Shown one piece after another: positions 1 through 12,590 of a stretch of DNA of 64,000 nt (position 1 is the first letter of the stretch; the number at the start of each line of letters is the position of its first letter). This DNA comes from Escherichia coli (GTDB taxonomy: Bacteria; Pseudomonadota; Gammaproteobacteria; Enterobacterales; Enterobacteriaceae). Both the position numbers and the translations under genes were made by a program. The notes under the pieces were generated by a model, which was given only the letters and a program-made list of their open reading frames with translations, did no database searches and was not told the origin of the DNA. Location: assembly GCF_003018235.1 (NCBI RefSeq), contig NZ_CP027437.1; one strand, 5' to 3'.

Positions 1-863
1 TGTAACCACAGGCTGACTGCGGGTGGCACCAGCGCGGTGACGTTCACCTGATGTTTTTCAATCAATGGGAAACAGAGCGTGGCGCTGGGATCGGCCGCCA
101 GAACGACCGTTCCTCCGGCAAGAAAGACGCCCAGCGATCCCGGCGAACTCATGGCGTAGTTGTGCGCCGCCGGAATCGCGCATAAATAGCGCGTCTGTTG
201 TGTGAACTGACAAATCTCGACGCTACGACGCACGCTGTAGTAGTAGTCATTATGAGTGCGCGGGATCAGCTTCGGTGTGCCGGTGGTGCCGCCGGAAAGC
301 TGGAAATAGGCCACTTCATCAGCAGGTGACGGCGTGGCAGTAAAATCCTCAGCCGGATGGTTAATCGCATCCTGCAAGTTATGCTCACCGCTGTCGTTGT
401 GCAGTTGCACCACGCGAATGGAGGAATGCTCTGCAACAAATGTATTGAGGAAATCATCTCCGCTAAACAGCGCATGCTGGCGATCGGCAATCAGTAACGC
501 CGGTTCAATCTGGCTGGCATAGGCGTTCAGTTCACTACGCTGATGGCTGAACAGCGCCAGCACCGGCGCAACGCCCAGTTTCAGCAGCGCGAAAAAGGTA
601 ATATACAATTCAGCGACGTTACCCAGCTGTACCAGCGCGGTTTCACCAGGTTTAATGCCCTGACGGCGCAAACTACACGCGAGGTTATCCGCCGCCTGAT
701 TCAGCTCCCGATAACTCAACTGCCTCTCGCCGTCGATAACCGCGATGCTGTCACTCGCAGCATGTCGCGTCAGAATGTCGGTCAGCGGCAAATCCTGCCA
801 GTAGCCTTTTTCCCGATAGCGACGGGTAAACTCTTCCGGCCAGCGGGTAAATGGAATGCTCAT
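1..863 (-). CDS. entE: 2,3-dihydroxybenzoate-AMP ligase EntE, N-terminal portion; gene continues past the window start
   Basis: Minus-strand ATG at 861-863, translation begins [12 protein letters not shown]; sits 9 bp downstream of the entC stop as in the entCEBA operon. Not in the ORF track because it runs off the edge. Confidence 0.8.
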   Translation of the reverse strand, partial: MSIPFTRWPEEFTRRYREKGYWQDLPLTDILTRHAASDSIAVIDGERQLSYRELNQAADNLACSLRRQGIKPGETALVQLGNVAELYITFFALLKLGVAPVLALFSHQRSELNAYASQIEPALLIADRQHALFSGDDFLNTFVAEHSSIRVVQLHNDSGEHNLQDAINHPAEDFTATPSPADEVAYFQLSGGTTGTPKLIPRTHNDYYYSVRRSVEICQFTQQTRYLCAIPAAHNYAMSSPGSLGVFLAGGTVVLAADPSATLCFPLIEKHQVNVTALVPPAVSLWL

Positions 864-872
864 CCTCGCTCC

Positions 873-2048
<1,176 letters not shown>

Positions 2049-2061
2049 ATCATCCTCCACA

Positions 2062-2097
2062 AAATGATAAAGGCTTTAATAATGATTATCATTTATA
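2062..2097. promoter_or_regulatory. Fur box-like AT-rich dyad in the entC/fepB divergent promoter region
   Basis: Sequence aaaatgataa...ataatgattatcatt resembles the Fur consensus GATAATGATAATCATTATC; lies between divergent iron-regulated genes. Confidence 0.5.
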
Positions 2098-2236
2098 TTT
2101 TCGGTCGCTAACCTAAAAGCAAACGCGCACTATGTCAACTCTTGAGGTAACGCAATCTGCAACTCGGGGTTGCATCTGGTTGTGGTTACAATGAAAATGA
2201 GAAGCATTAACTTCATTAATAACAGGAAGCTGATTT

Positions 2237-3193
2237 GTGAGACTCGTCCCGCTCTACCGCAACGCCCTTCTATTAACAGGACTTTTGCTTTCAGGAATAG
2301 TCGCAGTTCAGGCCGCCGACTGGCCGCGTCAGATTACTGACAGCCGTGGCACTCATTCCCTGGAAAGCCAGCCGCAGCGTATTGTTTCCACCAGCGTCAC
2401 CCTGACCGGCTCACTGCTGGCGATTGACGCTCCAGTGATTGCCAGCGGCGCGACCACGCCAAATAACCGCGTCGCGGATGACCAGGGCTTTTTACGCCAG
2501 TGGAGCAAGGTAGCGAAAGAACGCAAATTGCAACGACTCTATATCGGTGAACCAAGTGCCGAAGCCGTTGCCGCGCAAATGCCGGATCTGATTTTAATTA
2601 GCGCGACCGGCGGCGATTCGGCGCTGGCGCTGTATGATCAGCTTTCCACCATCGCCCCGACGTTAATCATCAATTACGACGACAAAAGCTGGCAGTCGCT
2701 GTTAACGCAACTTGGCGAAATTACCGGGCATGAGAAACAAGCGGCAGAGCGGATTGCACAGTTTGATAAGCAACTGGCGGCGGCGAAAGAGCAAATCAAA
2801 TTACCGCCGCAGCCGGTCACTGCCATTGTCTATACCGCCGCTGCACACAGTGCCAATCTCTGGACGCCGGAATCAGCACAAGGGCAGATGCTGGAACAAC
2901 TCGGCTTTACGTTGGCGAAATTGCCCGCAGGGTTAAATGCCAGCCAAAGCCAGGGTAAGCGTCATGACATCATTCAGCTTGGTGGGGAAAATCTGGCTGC
3001 AGGGTTAAATGGCGAGTCACTATTCCTGTTCGCCGGTGATCAGAAAGATGCCGATGCGATTTATGCTAATCCGCTGCTCGCGCACCTGCCTGCAGTACAA
3101 AACAAGCAGGTTTATGCGCTGGGAACCGAGACGTTCCGTCTGGATTACTACAGCGCCATGCAAGTGCTGGAACGGCTTAAGGCGCTGTTTTAA
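2237..3193 (+). CDS. fepB: ferric enterobactin periplasmic binding protein FepB
   Basis: 318-aa ORF with GTG start and signal peptide; recognised as FepB. Confidence 0.9.
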   Translation: MRLVPLYRNALLLTGLLLSGIVAVQAADWPRQITDSRGTHSLESQPQRIVSTSVTLTGSLLAIDAPVIASGATTPNNRVADDQGFLRQWSKVAKERKLQRLYIGEPSAEAVAAQMPDLILISATGGDSALALYDQLSTIAPTLIINYDDKSWQSLLTQLGEITGHEKQAAERIAQFDKQLAAAKEQIKLPPQPVTAIVYTAAAHSANLWTPESAQGQMLEQLGFTLAKLPAGLNASQSQGKRHDIIQLGGENLAAGLNGESLFLFAGDQKDADAIYANPLLAHLPAVQNKQVYALGTETFRLDYYSAMQVLERLKALF

Positions 3194-3196
3194 GCA

Positions 3197-4447
3197 TTAA
3201 CTGTCGGACGCTGTCACCTGCGGCGGCGTCTGGCGAAAACGCCGCAACTCCACCAGCACCAGCAATAACAATACGCCGATAATCAACAAACCAAAACCGC
3301 TTGCGCTTGCGGAAGCAACCGGTGTCATCATCGCGCCCAAACCGCCCAGCAGCGCCGCGCCTATGGCATCGCCCGTCACGTTTTGTGCCGTCCACAAACC
3401 GTTAATCCGCCCTAACATCGCTTCCGGGGTTTGCGTTTGCAGCATTGTATATTGCAGCAACGAACTAACCGCGCTCAGCCAGCCGAATAGCGCCAGACAA
3501 ATCACGCCTAAAATCCACATCGGCATCAGGCCAAACAGCCCAATGGCGAGGAACGATCCCAGCGTGGAGAGCAGCATCAATAACCCTGGTCGCGCGCTAT
3601 GTGCCAGCTTCCCGCTGGTTAACGCGCCAATAGCCGCGCCGAGCGGGATCGCCGCATAGAGAAAACCAATCTGTGCCGCCGACATCTGCCAGTTGTCAGC
3701 CAGCGCCGGATACAGTACCCGCACCGCACTCGCCATCGTCAATAAACCACCCAGCAGCGCAATCCCTCCCACCAGCGGGCTGGCGAGCAGAAAACGAAAT
3801 CCTGCCAGTAATGATTTCAACGGATGCTCACGCGGCTGCGGTGGCGGTGGCAACGCCGGAAGGCTTAATAACGGCAGCAAGGTAATAAACGTGCCCGCCG
3901 CCGCCAGCCCGTAGTTCCAGGCTACGCCGCCGGTCGCCAGCAATAAACCGCCAATCATAGGCGAAATCACCGACCCCAGACGCACGGTCAACATGGTGAT
4001 CGCCCCGGCCTGCATTAAGTTTTCACGCCCTACCAGTGCAGGTGTCGCCGCCAGTAGCGCCGTAACGCCAAGCGATGCGAAAAAACCATCCCATAAACCG
4101 AGTAAATAGATTGCCAATAGAGATGGCTCCGGCAGCAGCGCGTTCAGGCACAGTCCAATGAAGCCAATGCCACAGGTGCCGCGCGCCAGCAAAATCACTT
4201 TTTTGCGCTCATAGCGATCCGCCAGCACACCGCCGACCATCAGGCCAACAAACATCGCGCCGCCGGTCAGCGTCACCGAAAGCCCCACCTGCCAGGTAGA
4301 ATGCGTCATCATCTGGATCTGCACTGGTACCGCGACGCCGAGCAAACCCAGAGACACAATTGAGATAAAACGAGCGAGGAATACTGCGCGAAACGCCGGG
4401 TGCGTTTTCAACAGGCTGAGGTTAAGCAGCCAGGATTGTTTATTCAT
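3197..4447 (-). CDS. entS: enterobactin exporter EntS (MFS transporter)
   Basis: 416-aa highly hydrophobic ORF, convergent with fepB and divergent from fepD; recognised as EntS/YbdA. Confidence 0.9.
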   Translation of the reverse strand: MNKQSWLLNLSLLKTHPAFRAVFLARFISIVSLGLLGVAVPVQIQMMTHSTWQVGLSVTLTGGAMFVGLMVGGVLADRYERKKVILLARGTCGIGFIGLCLNALLPEPSLLAIYLLGLWDGFFASLGVTALLAATPALVGRENLMQAGAITMLTVRLGSVISPMIGGLLLATGGVAWNYGLAAAGTFITLLPLLSLPALPPPPQPREHPLKSLLAGFRFLLASPLVGGIALLGGLLTMASAVRVLYPALADNWQMSAAQIGFLYAAIPLGAAIGALTSGKLAHSARPGLLMLLSTLGSFLAIGLFGLMPMWILGVICLALFGWLSAVSSLLQYTMLQTQTPEAMLGRINGLWTAQNVTGDAIGAALLGGLGAMMTPVASASASGFGLLIIGVLLLLVLVELRRFRQTPPQVTASDS

Positions 4448-4520
4448 TACAATGCCTTGCCATCAAATATTTTAAATACCTATTCTTAGGCTGCACATGC
4501 TAACATATCCAAATAAGATC

Positions 4521-4545
4521 GATAACGATAATTAATTTCATTATC
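4521..4545. promoter_or_regulatory. Fur box-like site in the entS/fepD divergent promoter
   Basis: gataacgataattaatttcattatc close to the Fur consensus, just upstream of the fepD start. Confidence 0.5.
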
Positions 4546-4557
4546 ATGGAAGTTCGT

Positions 4558-5562
4558 ATGTCTGGTTCTGTTGCCGTGACACGCGCCATTGCCGTGCCCG
4601 GATTGCTGTTATTACTGATTATCGCGACGGCATTAAGCCTGCTCATTGGGGCAAAATCACTCCCCGCTTCCGTAGTGCTGGAGGCCCTCTCCGGCACCTG
4701 CCAGAGCGCCGACTGCACCATCGTGCTCGACGCGCGGCTGCCGCGCACCCTTGCCGGTTTACTGGCAGGCGGCGCGCTTGGGCTTGCCGGGGCGTTAATG
4801 CAAACCCTCACCCGAAACCCACTTGCCGACCCCGGCTTGCTTGGTGTGAACGCCGGAGCCAGCTTTGCCATTGTGCTGGGTGCGGCGCTGTTTGGTTACT
4901 CATCCGCGCAGGAACAACTGGCGATGGCCTTCGCCGGGGCGCTGGTGGCCTCATTGATTGTTGCCTTTACCGGCAGCCAGGGCGGCGGGCAGTTAAGTCC
5001 GGTGCGTTTAACCCTGGCGGGCGTGGCGCTGGCGGCGGTGCTGGAAGGGCTGACCAGCGGCATCGCCCTGCTTAATCCTGACGTCTACGATCAACTGCGT
5101 TTCTGGCAAGCCGGTTCGCTGGATATTCGCAATCTACATACCTTAAAAGTTGTGCTGATCCCGGTGCTGATCGCCGGAGCAACCGCGCTATTACTGAGCC
5201 GCGCGCTGAACAGTTTAAGCCTCGGCAGTGACACCGCGACGGCGCTGGGCAGTCGCGTGGCGCGCACACAGTTGATTGGTCTGCTGGCGATTACCGTGCT
5301 TTGTGGTAGTGCAACGGCGGTAGTTGGCCCGATTGCCTTTATTGGCCTGATGATGCCGCATATGGCGCGTTGGCTGGTGGGTGCCGATCATCGCTGGTCG
5401 CTGCCCGTCACGCTGCTTGCTACCCCTGCCCTGCTGCTGTTTGCCGATATCATCGGGCGGGTGATTGTGCCCGGCGAACTGCGAGTTTCCGTGGTCAGTG
5501 CGTTTATTGGTGCACCGGTGCTGATCTTCCTCGTGCGACGTAAAACGCGAGGTGGCGCATGA
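4558..5562 (+). CDS. fepD: ferric enterobactin ABC transporter permease FepD
   Basis: Track ORF 4546..5562; start placed at MSGSVAVT by recognition of FepD; polytopic membrane protein. Confidence 0.85.
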   Translation: MSGSVAVTRAIAVPGLLLLLIIATALSLLIGAKSLPASVVLEALSGTCQSADCTIVLDARLPRTLAGLLAGGALGLAGALMQTLTRNPLADPGLLGVNAGASFAIVLGAALFGYSSAQEQLAMAFAGALVASLIVAFTGSQGGGQLSPVRLTLAGVALAAVLEGLTSGIALLNPDVYDQLRFWQAGSLDIRNLHTLKVVLIPVLIAGATALLLSRALNSLSLGSDTATALGSRVARTQLIGLLAITVLCGSATAVVGPIAFIGLMMPHMARWLVGADHRWSLPVTLLATPALLLFADIIGRVIVPGELRVSVVSAFIGAPVLIFLVRRKTRGGA

Positions 5563-6551
5563 TTTACGTCTCTCGCCGATTAATTATCACCTGTTTGCTG
5601 CTGGTTTCCGCCTGTGTGGTTGCAGGTATCTGGGGATTACGCAGCGGTACCATCACGCTGGAAACCTCGCAGATATTCGCCGCGCTGATGGGCGATGCGC
5701 CGCGCAGTATGACGATGGTGGTCACCGAATGGCGTTTACCACGCGTGCTGATGGCGCTGTTGATTGGCGCGGCACTGGGCGTCAGCGGCGCGATTTTTCA
5801 GTCGCTGATGCGTAACCCGCTCGGTAGTCCTGACGTAATGGGCTTTAACACCGGGGCGTGGAGCGGCGTGCTGGTGGCGATGGTGCTGTTTGGTCAGGAC
5901 CTGACGGCTATTGCCCTGGCAGCAATTGTGGGCGGCATTGTCACTTCGCTGCTGGTCTGGCTGCTCGCCTGGCGTAACGGCATCGACACCTTTCGGTTGA
6001 TTATTATTGGTATCGGCATTCGCGCCATGCTGGTGGCCTTTAATACCTGGCTGTTGCTGAAAGCGTCTTTAGAAACGGCGCTAACAGCGGGTTTGTGGAA
6101 TGCCGGATCGCTCAACGGCCTGACGTGGGCAAAAACCTCGCCTTCCGCACCCATCATTATATTGATGCTAATTGCCGCCGCCTTACTGGTACGCCGGATG
6201 CGCTTGCTGGAAATGGGCGATGATACCGCGTGTGCGCTGGGCGTCAGCGTCGAACGTTCGCGTCTGTTAATGATGCTGGTTGCCGTAGTGCTTACCGCTG
6301 CGGCAACAGCGCTTGCCGGGCCGATTTCCTTTATTGCTTTAGTCGCGCCACACATTGCCCGCCGCATTAGCAGCACCGCTCGCTGGGGGCTGACCCAGGC
6401 GGCGCTGTGCGGGGCGTTGTTACTGCTGGCGGCCGATCTCTGCGCCCAACAACTGTTTATGCCGTATCAACTTCCGGTTGGCGTCGTTACCGTCAGCCTC
6501 GGTGGTATTTACCTTATCGTCTTGTTAATTCAGGAGTCTCGCAAAAAATGA
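5559..6551 (+). CDS. fepG: ferric enterobactin ABC transporter permease FepG
   Basis: 330-aa ORF whose start overlaps the fepD stop by 4 nt; recognised as FepG. Confidence 0.9.
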   Translation: MIYVSRRLIITCLLLVSACVVAGIWGLRSGTITLETSQIFAALMGDAPRSMTMVVTEWRLPRVLMALLIGAALGVSGAIFQSLMRNPLGSPDVMGFNTGAWSGVLVAMVLFGQDLTAIALAAIVGGIVTSLLVWLLAWRNGIDTFRLIIIGIGIRAMLVAFNTWLLLKASLETALTAGLWNAGSLNGLTWAKTSPSAPIIILMLIAAALLVRRMRLLEMGDDTACALGVSVERSRLLMMLVAVVLTAAATALAGPISFIALVAPHIARRISSTARWGLTQAALCGALLLLAADLCAQQLFMPYQLPVGVVTVSLGGIYLIVLLIQESRKK

Positions 6552-7363
6552 CCGAATCAGTAGCCCGTTTGCGTGGCGAACAGTTAACCCTCGGATATGG
6601 CAAATATACCGTTGCGGAAAATCTGACTGTAGAAATTCCTGATGGTCACTTCACGGCAATTATCGGGCCAAATGGCTGCGGTAAATCCACGTTACTGCGT
6701 ACTTTAAGCCGCCTGATGACGCCTGCTCACGGGCATGTCTGGCTGGATGGTGAGCACATTCAACATTACGCCAGTAAAGAGGTTGCACGCCGGATTGGCC
6801 TGTTGGCGCAAAATGCTACCACGCCGGGCGATATCACCGTGCAGGAGCTGGTGGCGCGTGGACGTTACCCGCATCAACCGCTGTTTACCCGCTGGCGCAA
6901 AGAGGATGAAGAAGCGGTAACGAAAGCGATGCAGGCCACGGGAATCACTCATCTGGCAGATCAAAGCGTGGATACCCTTTCTGGCGGACAACGCCAGCGA
7001 GCGTGGATAGCAATGGTGCTGGCCCAGGAAACGGCAATTATGCTGCTCGATGAACCAACGACCTGGCTGGATATCAGTCATCAGATTGATTTGCTGGAAC
7101 TGTTAAGCGAACTGAACCGCGAGAAAGGCTATACCCTGGCGGCGGTGCTGCACGATCTTAATCAGGCCTGTCGTTACGCCAGCCATTTGATTGCATTGCG
7201 GGAAGGGAAAATTGTTGCTCAGGGAGCGCCGAAGGAGATTGTCACTGCTGAATTGATCGAGCGCATTTATGGTCTGCGCTGCATGATTATTGACGACCCG
7301 GTTGCCGGAACGCCGCTCGTGGTGCCGCTCGGACGAACGGCACCTTCAACCGCAAATAGTTAA
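6548..7363 (+). CDS. fepC: ferric enterobactin ABC transporter ATPase FepC
   Basis: ATG at 6548 overlaps the fepG stop; Walker A motif GPNGCGKST and ABC signature LSGGQRQR in the translation. Confidence 0.9.
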   Translation: MTESVARLRGEQLTLGYGKYTVAENLTVEIPDGHFTAIIGPNGCGKSTLLRTLSRLMTPAHGHVWLDGEHIQHYASKEVARRIGLLAQNATTPGDITVQELVARGRYPHQPLFTRWRKEDEEAVTKAMQATGITHLADQSVDTLSGGQRQRAWIAMVLAQETAIMLLDEPTTWLDISHQIDLLELLSELNREKGYTLAAVLHDLNQACRYASHLIALREGKIVAQGAPKEIVTAELIERIYGLRCMIIDDPVAGTPLVVPLGRTAPSTANS

Positions 7364-8493
7364 ACTAAGTGGTCTGCTATCATGGCATCCTGTTTTCTGG
7401 ATGCCATCGCATAGCGCAACAGCACGCCACCACAAGCCACCATCCCGCCGATCATCGCAGAAAGGATCACAATAATCGCCTTACCCGGACCGTCTTTTTT
7501 CACTGGCAATGACGGGCTTAACTGATATTTAAACGGCGTAAAATTCACATCGTTGATATTTGCTTTTGTTAACTGCTCAACAAGATACTGACGATTACGT
7601 AATTCACCGTTCAGTTCCGCAACGTTAGTAACCGCTTTTTCAATTTCCAGTTTGCGTTCAATACCGTCTGCGCCGAGAGAAATAGAGAAATCGGGGTCAT
7701 CTTTAACGGCCTGACCATTACTGTAAACGGGCTTTTTAATTCCTGCCGCGTTGGCAATGTCGAGTGAATAATTGAGGCGCTGAATGTTTGCATCAAGTTG
7801 ATTTTTCGTTTTAATGCGATCCTGAGCCAGTTTTTCTTTTTCAAACTGGGTTTTGATCTCCAGTTTATTACGGACGTTTTCTATCGACTCTTTCACCACC
7901 AACGCAGAGATATAATCGATATACCCGCTCAAAACGGTCTGCGCCTCTTCACTGGTTGGCGCGGTAAAACTTAGCGTCCAGGAGTTATACAGTGACGGTT
8001 CATCTTTTTTCTTACTGGCATTGTCATCAACCGCTTTCATTTTTTCGCTCAATGCGACAATTGCGCGATGCAAATCCAGCTCGTCGATTTTCGCCTCTTT
8101 TAATTGGTCCATCACATAAGGTGTTGAGCGCAGGTACTCTTCCAGCAAGCTAACCGACTGAAACTTCTTGATAAACAGGTTAAATGCTTCTGTACGATCA
8201 ATTTTGATATCCAGATCCAGCACACGAAGCTTAGTGAATGTTTTCTCAAGCGCCTGCCACTGAACAGGTTCTGGAGGCGTGACAACCGCCGCGCTGGTCC
8301 ATTTTTGCGGCAGGATGAAAGAGATCAGTAAACCTGCGCAGGCAAACGCAAAAACGACCGCCATGACCGTTTTTTTGGCCCGCCATAAAACTTCGATTAG
8401 ATTAAGTAAATCAATTTCATTATTACTGGGCGACGCCAGAGGATACTCGGGAAAATGAGTGTCACTTCCCTGTTTAATATTCAGTGATGACAT
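7360..8493 (-). CDS. fepE: polysaccharide co-polymerase family protein FepE
   Basis: Track ORF 7360..8613; start trimmed to MSSLNIKQG (ATG complement at 8491-8493) by recognition of FepE; stop overlaps the fepC stop (convergent). Confidence 0.85.
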   Translation of the reverse strand: MSSLNIKQGSDTHFPEYPLASPSNNEIDLLNLIEVLWRAKKTVMAVVFAFACAGLLISFILPQKWTSAAVVTPPEPVQWQALEKTFTKLRVLDLDIKIDRTEAFNLFIKKFQSVSLLEEYLRSTPYVMDQLKEAKIDELDLHRAIVALSEKMKAVDDNASKKKDEPSLYNSWTLSFTAPTSEEAQTVLSGYIDYISALVVKESIENVRNKLEIKTQFEKEKLAQDRIKTKNQLDANIQRLNYSLDIANAAGIKKPVYSNGQAVKDDPDFSISLGADGIERKLEIEKAVTNVAELNGELRNRQYLVEQLTKANINDVNFTPFKYQLSPSLPVKKDGPGKAIIVILSAMIGGMVACGGVLLRYAMASRKQDAMIADHLV

Positions 8494-8663
8494 GGGGTAT
8501 AACCTGAAAATGAGTCCAATAAGAGTAAATCTCCACGGCCCCCACTCTACCAGTTGGTGAGATTTATCCGAAGCTGAAGTTTGTAAATTACTCCCACTGA
8601 ATGCAACATTCACTCTATTTCAGAGAAACACCCACCAAATTTATAAATTAAACAAATGATAAA

Positions 8664-8690
8664 CCCATAATTATTTTCTGTAATTATGGG
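8664..8690 (-). terminator. perfect AT-rich palindrome downstream of entF (possible terminator or operator)
   Basis: cccataatta ttttctg taattatggg is a 10-bp perfect inverted repeat followed by a T-rich run on the minus strand. Confidence 0.3.
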
Positions 8691-8708
8691 TTTATAGATA
8701 ATATAAAT

Positions 8709-11700
8709 TTACTTATTTAGCGTCGCACGAATAATCGGCCCAATTTTTTCAAACGCCACCGGAGAGATAATATCCACATGCGCACAATCCTGACGATAGA
8801 TATCCAGCTCAGCAATCCACGGTGCCCAGGCCTGTTCAGGACTCATACCTTCCTGAAGCGTGCGTTCGGCAACAAATAGCGTCGCTTTACCATCAAACGG
8901 TACGCTATGAGCTGTCGTCAGCAGGCGCACAGCATCAGCGTAGTTGCCTTCAATGGTGGTAAACAACTCCGTTGAAGTACTTCCCTGCTGTGCCGCCAGG
9001 AAGGCTTCGCGCTCGCGGTTAATCTCCGCCAGCACTTCCGGGTCCAGACCATTAGCCTCTTTTTCCTGCCAGTTTTGCGTTTCTGGCGGCCAGGTATCCA
9101 GCAAGCCAAGAAATGCCACCTGTTCGCCACGGGCACGCAGTCGCGCCGCAATGCCCTGCGCCAGCGTACCGCCCAGCGAATACCCCAGCAGGTAATAAGG
9201 GCCGTGCGGTTGTTGTTCAAGTAACGTTGCCAGATGCGCTTCGCAGACTTCATCCAGGTTTGCCGCGGTCTGCATGGGGCCATGAGGGCGCGGCGACTGA
9301 ATGCCAATAATCGACCATTGTGGATCGAGATAACGCGAAAGCACGCTAAACTGCCAGGCAAAACCGGAGGCCGGATGGAAACAAAACAGCGTCGGGCCAT
9401 TACCTTCACGCAACGGCAGAATGGTTTCGAATCCCATGCGCTGGGTGCTGTCTTCTTCACCATCAATAATCGTTGCCAGTTTGGCGACAGTTGACGCGAC
9501 CATCACCTGCCCCGGCGTCACCTGGCGGGTAAACTGCCGACTTAACTGCGCAGCCAGTTTCATTGCCAGTAGCGAATGACCGCCAAGCGCAAAGAAATCA
9601 GCATCGGCATCCTGCACGTCACAACCCAGCAACGACGAGAATGCCGCGGCGATAATCGTTTCACTGCCCGCTTTCGGCGCACGCCCCGGCGCTTGTGCCT
9701 TCAGTTCAGGCAACGGTAAGGCTTTGCGATCCAGCTTGCCGTTGGCGCTAAGCGGCAACTGCGGAAGTTGCAGCAGAACCACGGGCACCATATGCGGTGG
9801 CAATGTTTCGCGCAACTGCGCCTGCAATGCAGTGGTATCCAGCGGCAGGCCTGATTGCGACACCAGATACCCAACCAACTGACGCGCATCGCCTCCCGTT
9901 GCGGCAGCCTGGTTAATGACGCAGGCGTGGGTAACGGCCTGTTCGACATCCGGCAGTGCCTGCATCACGCGATCGATTTCGCCCAGTTCAATACGCTGCC
10001 CGCGAATTTTTAGCTGATCGTCACTGCGCCCGAGGTACTCCACCGCGCCGTTATCCAGCCAGCGGGCAACGTCTCCGGTACGGTACATCCGTTCGCCAGG
10101 GGCAAAAGGATCGGCAATAAAGCGGCTGGCGGTCAGATCGGGTCGTCCAAGATACCCCTGCGCCAGTTGAATACCGGTGAGATAGAGATCTCCCGCCACA
10201 CCCGGCGGCACCGGATGCATCATCGCATCAAGAATACGCAGGCCCGTATTCCACACCGGATAACCAATCGGCACACTGCTGCCGCGCACCTGTGCCAGTT
10301 CCTCGCCAAAAGCCGGATACCAGCTGACATCTACCGCCGCTTCCGTCGGGCCATATAAATTATGCAACGGCGCGCTGGTTAACTGTTGCCATTCGCGGCA
10401 TAAATCAGCGGGTAAGGCCTCACCACTACAGAAAACCTGTTTCAACGTCGCGCAATTCTGACGAGCGGTTTGCGGAGTCAGCGATGCAACAAATGCCGCC
10501 AGCATCGACGGCACAAAGTGCGTGGTCGTTACACCATATTCGGCAAAGAATTGCTGCATAGCGAGCGGGTCGCGGTGCGCTTCCGGTTCAGCCATCACCA
10601 GTTTAGCCCCGGCAATAAACGGCCAGAAAAACTCCCACACCGAGACATCAAAACTGCACGGCGTTTTTTGGGCAACGACATCTTCGCCTGTAAGCGGGTA
10701 GTGGTTTTGCATCCAAAGCAGGCGGTTAACGATAGCCGTCTGCCCGACCATTACCCCTTTTGGTCTGCCGGTGGAACCTGAGGTGAAGATGATATAAGCC
10801 GTGTGGTGCGGTTGTGAAAGCTGCAGCGGCGCACTGCCCTGCGGTGTAAGCGGGGCGTTATAGCAAAGGTTGGTTAAATCTGGAACATCGGCAAAGCGCG
10901 GCAGTTGATCGTCGGTGGTGATTAACAGCGACGGACGCGCATCTTCCAGCATCATTTTCAAGCGATCGTCCGGATAACCGGTATCCAGCGGTAGCCAGGC
11001 CGCGCCAGCTTCAACTATCGCATGTAGCGCCAGGGTCAAAAAGACCGAGCGCGGTAGCGCCACCGCCACGCTGTCCCCTGGTTTAACGCCGCGCTCACGC
11101 AGCAGATTCGCCAGCGCCACCACCTGCTCGCGCATTTCCCGATAGCTGAACTGGTAACGCGCATCTGCCAGCGCCGGAGCATGCGGCGTTTTTGCCGCTT
11201 GTTCTGCCACCAGCGCGCTAAGCGTGGTTTCTGGAATCTCAACCTGAGTGGCGTTGATCTGCGCCAGCTGCGCATACTCACCTGGCAGCATAATATCGAC
11301 ATCGCCGCACAACAGCGCCGGATCCGCGGCGAACTGGGCAATCAGCATTTTCAGGCGTTCAGCATGCTGGATTAACGTTGGCTCATCGTAACGCTGTTTA
11401 TTGGCGAGGATCTCAATACTCAAATCACCGTGTTCATCCGGGAACAGTGCCAGTTCAAGGTCATTAACCGGACCGGTTGCTAGTGTATGGGTTTGCGCCT
11501 GAACACCAGGAATATCCAGTTGGTAATCAAATACCTTGATATTGAGTACCGGACCAAACAGCGGTTCATCACCTGCCGCTCGCCCGCTGTCACGGACAAT
11601 TTGTTCGGCATCGTAACGTTGATGACGACGCATTTTTTTCAGTTGTGCTGCCAGTCGGGTTGCCAGTTGCGGCAGCGTTTCTTGCGCCGCAATGTGAATA

Positions 11701-12590
11701 CCCAACGGTAAAACGTTGAGCACGGGTCCGGTAGCCGTCAGCGCCGCCGAGCCCAGTCGACGCATAAAGATAAATCCGGCAGCGTAGTCCATGCGGTTGC
11801 ACAATCGCCCCAGCCACAAAGCCGTCAGCGCAAGGGCTAAATCGGTACGCTGCACACCTGAAAGTTGCGTAGCCAGCTGGCGGAATTCCCCGTCGGTAAA
11901 TTCCAGTTTCAGGCGCAAAATATCTGCCGAAGCGCTGCGCCCCGGTAAAGGTGCCGGAGAAAGTGACGCGGGCGGTGGCAGTTGACGACGCTGTTCCGCC
12001 CAGAATGCCGCATCACGCTGCCAGGCTTCGCTTTCGCGGTATTGCTGGTACTCTTCCACTACATCAGCGAAAGGCGTAAACGGCGAAGCAGGCGTTGGTT
12101 CGCCACGCAGCAATGCGCAGTAAATATTGGCGATCTGGCGTGTAATGGCCGGGAAACTGAAGCCATCGACCAGCAAATGGTGATAACGCTGATACCAGTA
12201 CCAGCGGTTATCCGCCACCTGTATCAGTTGATGAAAGACCAGTGGTTTACCACTATCGACGCGCAGATCTTGTTGCAAATCCGCCTGCATTAATGCCCGC
12301 GCAGTACCGTGCGGATCAATGTTGGTTCGCAGGTCGATAATTTCTGGCAGTTCGAACGTCTGCGCATCATCGACCCACTGCCAGACTTCGCCGTTATCTT
12401 CCGTAAAACGCATCCGCAACGTATCTGCTTGCGCTAGTCCGGCAACCACCGCGCGGGCCAGTAATGGCGCATCAACCTCTCCGGTTAACTCAACGTAATG
12501 CGCCACGCTCCAGGCGGAGGGTAAATCCGACAGTTTTTCTGCCATCCAGATGCCGGGCTGTGCGGCGACCAAAGGTAAATGCTGGCTCAT
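8709..12590 (-). CDS. entF: enterobactin non-ribosomal peptide synthetase EntF
   Basis: 1293-aa ORF with adenylation-domain motifs (YIIFTSGSTGRPKGV) and a C-terminal thioesterase GYSLGG motif. Confidence 0.95.
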   Translation of the reverse strand: MSQHLPLVAAQPGIWMAEKLSDLPSAWSVAHYVELTGEVDAPLLARAVVAGLAQADTLRMRFTEDNGEVWQWVDDAQTFELPEIIDLRTNIDPHGTARALMQADLQQDLRVDSGKPLVFHQLIQVADNRWYWYQRYHHLLVDGFSFPAITRQIANIYCALLRGEPTPASPFTPFADVVEEYQQYRESEAWQRDAAFWAEQRRQLPPPASLSPAPLPGRSASADILRLKLEFTDGEFRQLATQLSGVQRTDLALALTALWLGRLCNRMDYAAGFIFMRRLGSAALTATGPVLNVLPLGIHIAAQETLPQLATRLAAQLKKMRRHQRYDAEQIVRDSGRAAGDEPLFGPVLNIKVFDYQLDIPGVQAQTHTLATGPVNDLELALFPDEHGDLSIEILANKQRYDEPTLIQHAERLKMLIAQFAADPALLCGDVDIMLPGEYAQLAQINATQVEIPETTLSALVAEQAAKTPHAPALADARYQFSYREMREQVVALANLLRERGVKPGDSVAVALPRSVFLTLALHAIVEAGAAWLPLDTGYPDDRLKMMLEDARPSLLITTDDQLPRFADVPDLTNLCYNAPLTPQGSAPLQLSQPHHTAYIIFTSGSTGRPKGVMVGQTAIVNRLLWMQNHYPLTGEDVVAQKTPCSFDVSVWEFFWPFIAGAKLVMAEPEAHRDPLAMQQFFAEYGVTTTHFVPSMLAAFVASLTPQTARQNCATLKQVFCSGEALPADLCREWQQLTSAPLHNLYGPTEAAVDVSWYPAFGEELAQVRGSSVPIGYPVWNTGLRILDAMMHPVPPGVAGDLYLTGIQLAQGYLGRPDLTASRFIADPFAPGERMYRTGDVARWLDNGAVEYLGRSDDQLKIRGQRIELGEIDRVMQALPDVEQAVTHACVINQAAATGGDARQLVGYLVSQSGLPLDTTALQAQLRETLPPHMVPVVLLQLPQLPLSANGKLDRKALPLPELKAQAPGRAPKAGSETIIAAAFSSLLGCDVQDADADFFALGGHSLLAMKLAAQLSRQFTRQVTPGQVMVASTVAKLATIIDGEEDSTQRMGFETILPLREGNGPTLFCFHPASGFAWQFSVLSRYLDPQWSIIGIQSPRPHGPMQTAANLDEVCEAHLATLLEQQPHGPYYLLGYSLGGTLAQGIAARLRARGEQVAFLGLLDTWPPETQNWQEKEANGLDPEVLAEINREREAFLAAQQGSTSTELFTTIEGNYADAVRLLTTAHSVPFDGKATLFVAERTLQEGMSPEQAWAPWIAELDIYRQDCAHVDIISPVAFEKIGPIIRATLNK

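Noticed and set aside
8918-9466. 182-aa minus-strand ORF and several 60-100-aa ORFs on both strands between 8.9 and 12.3 kb
   Set aside because: All fall inside the 1293-codon entF gene in alternative frames; Arg/Cys/Trp-rich translations typical of out-of-frame reading.
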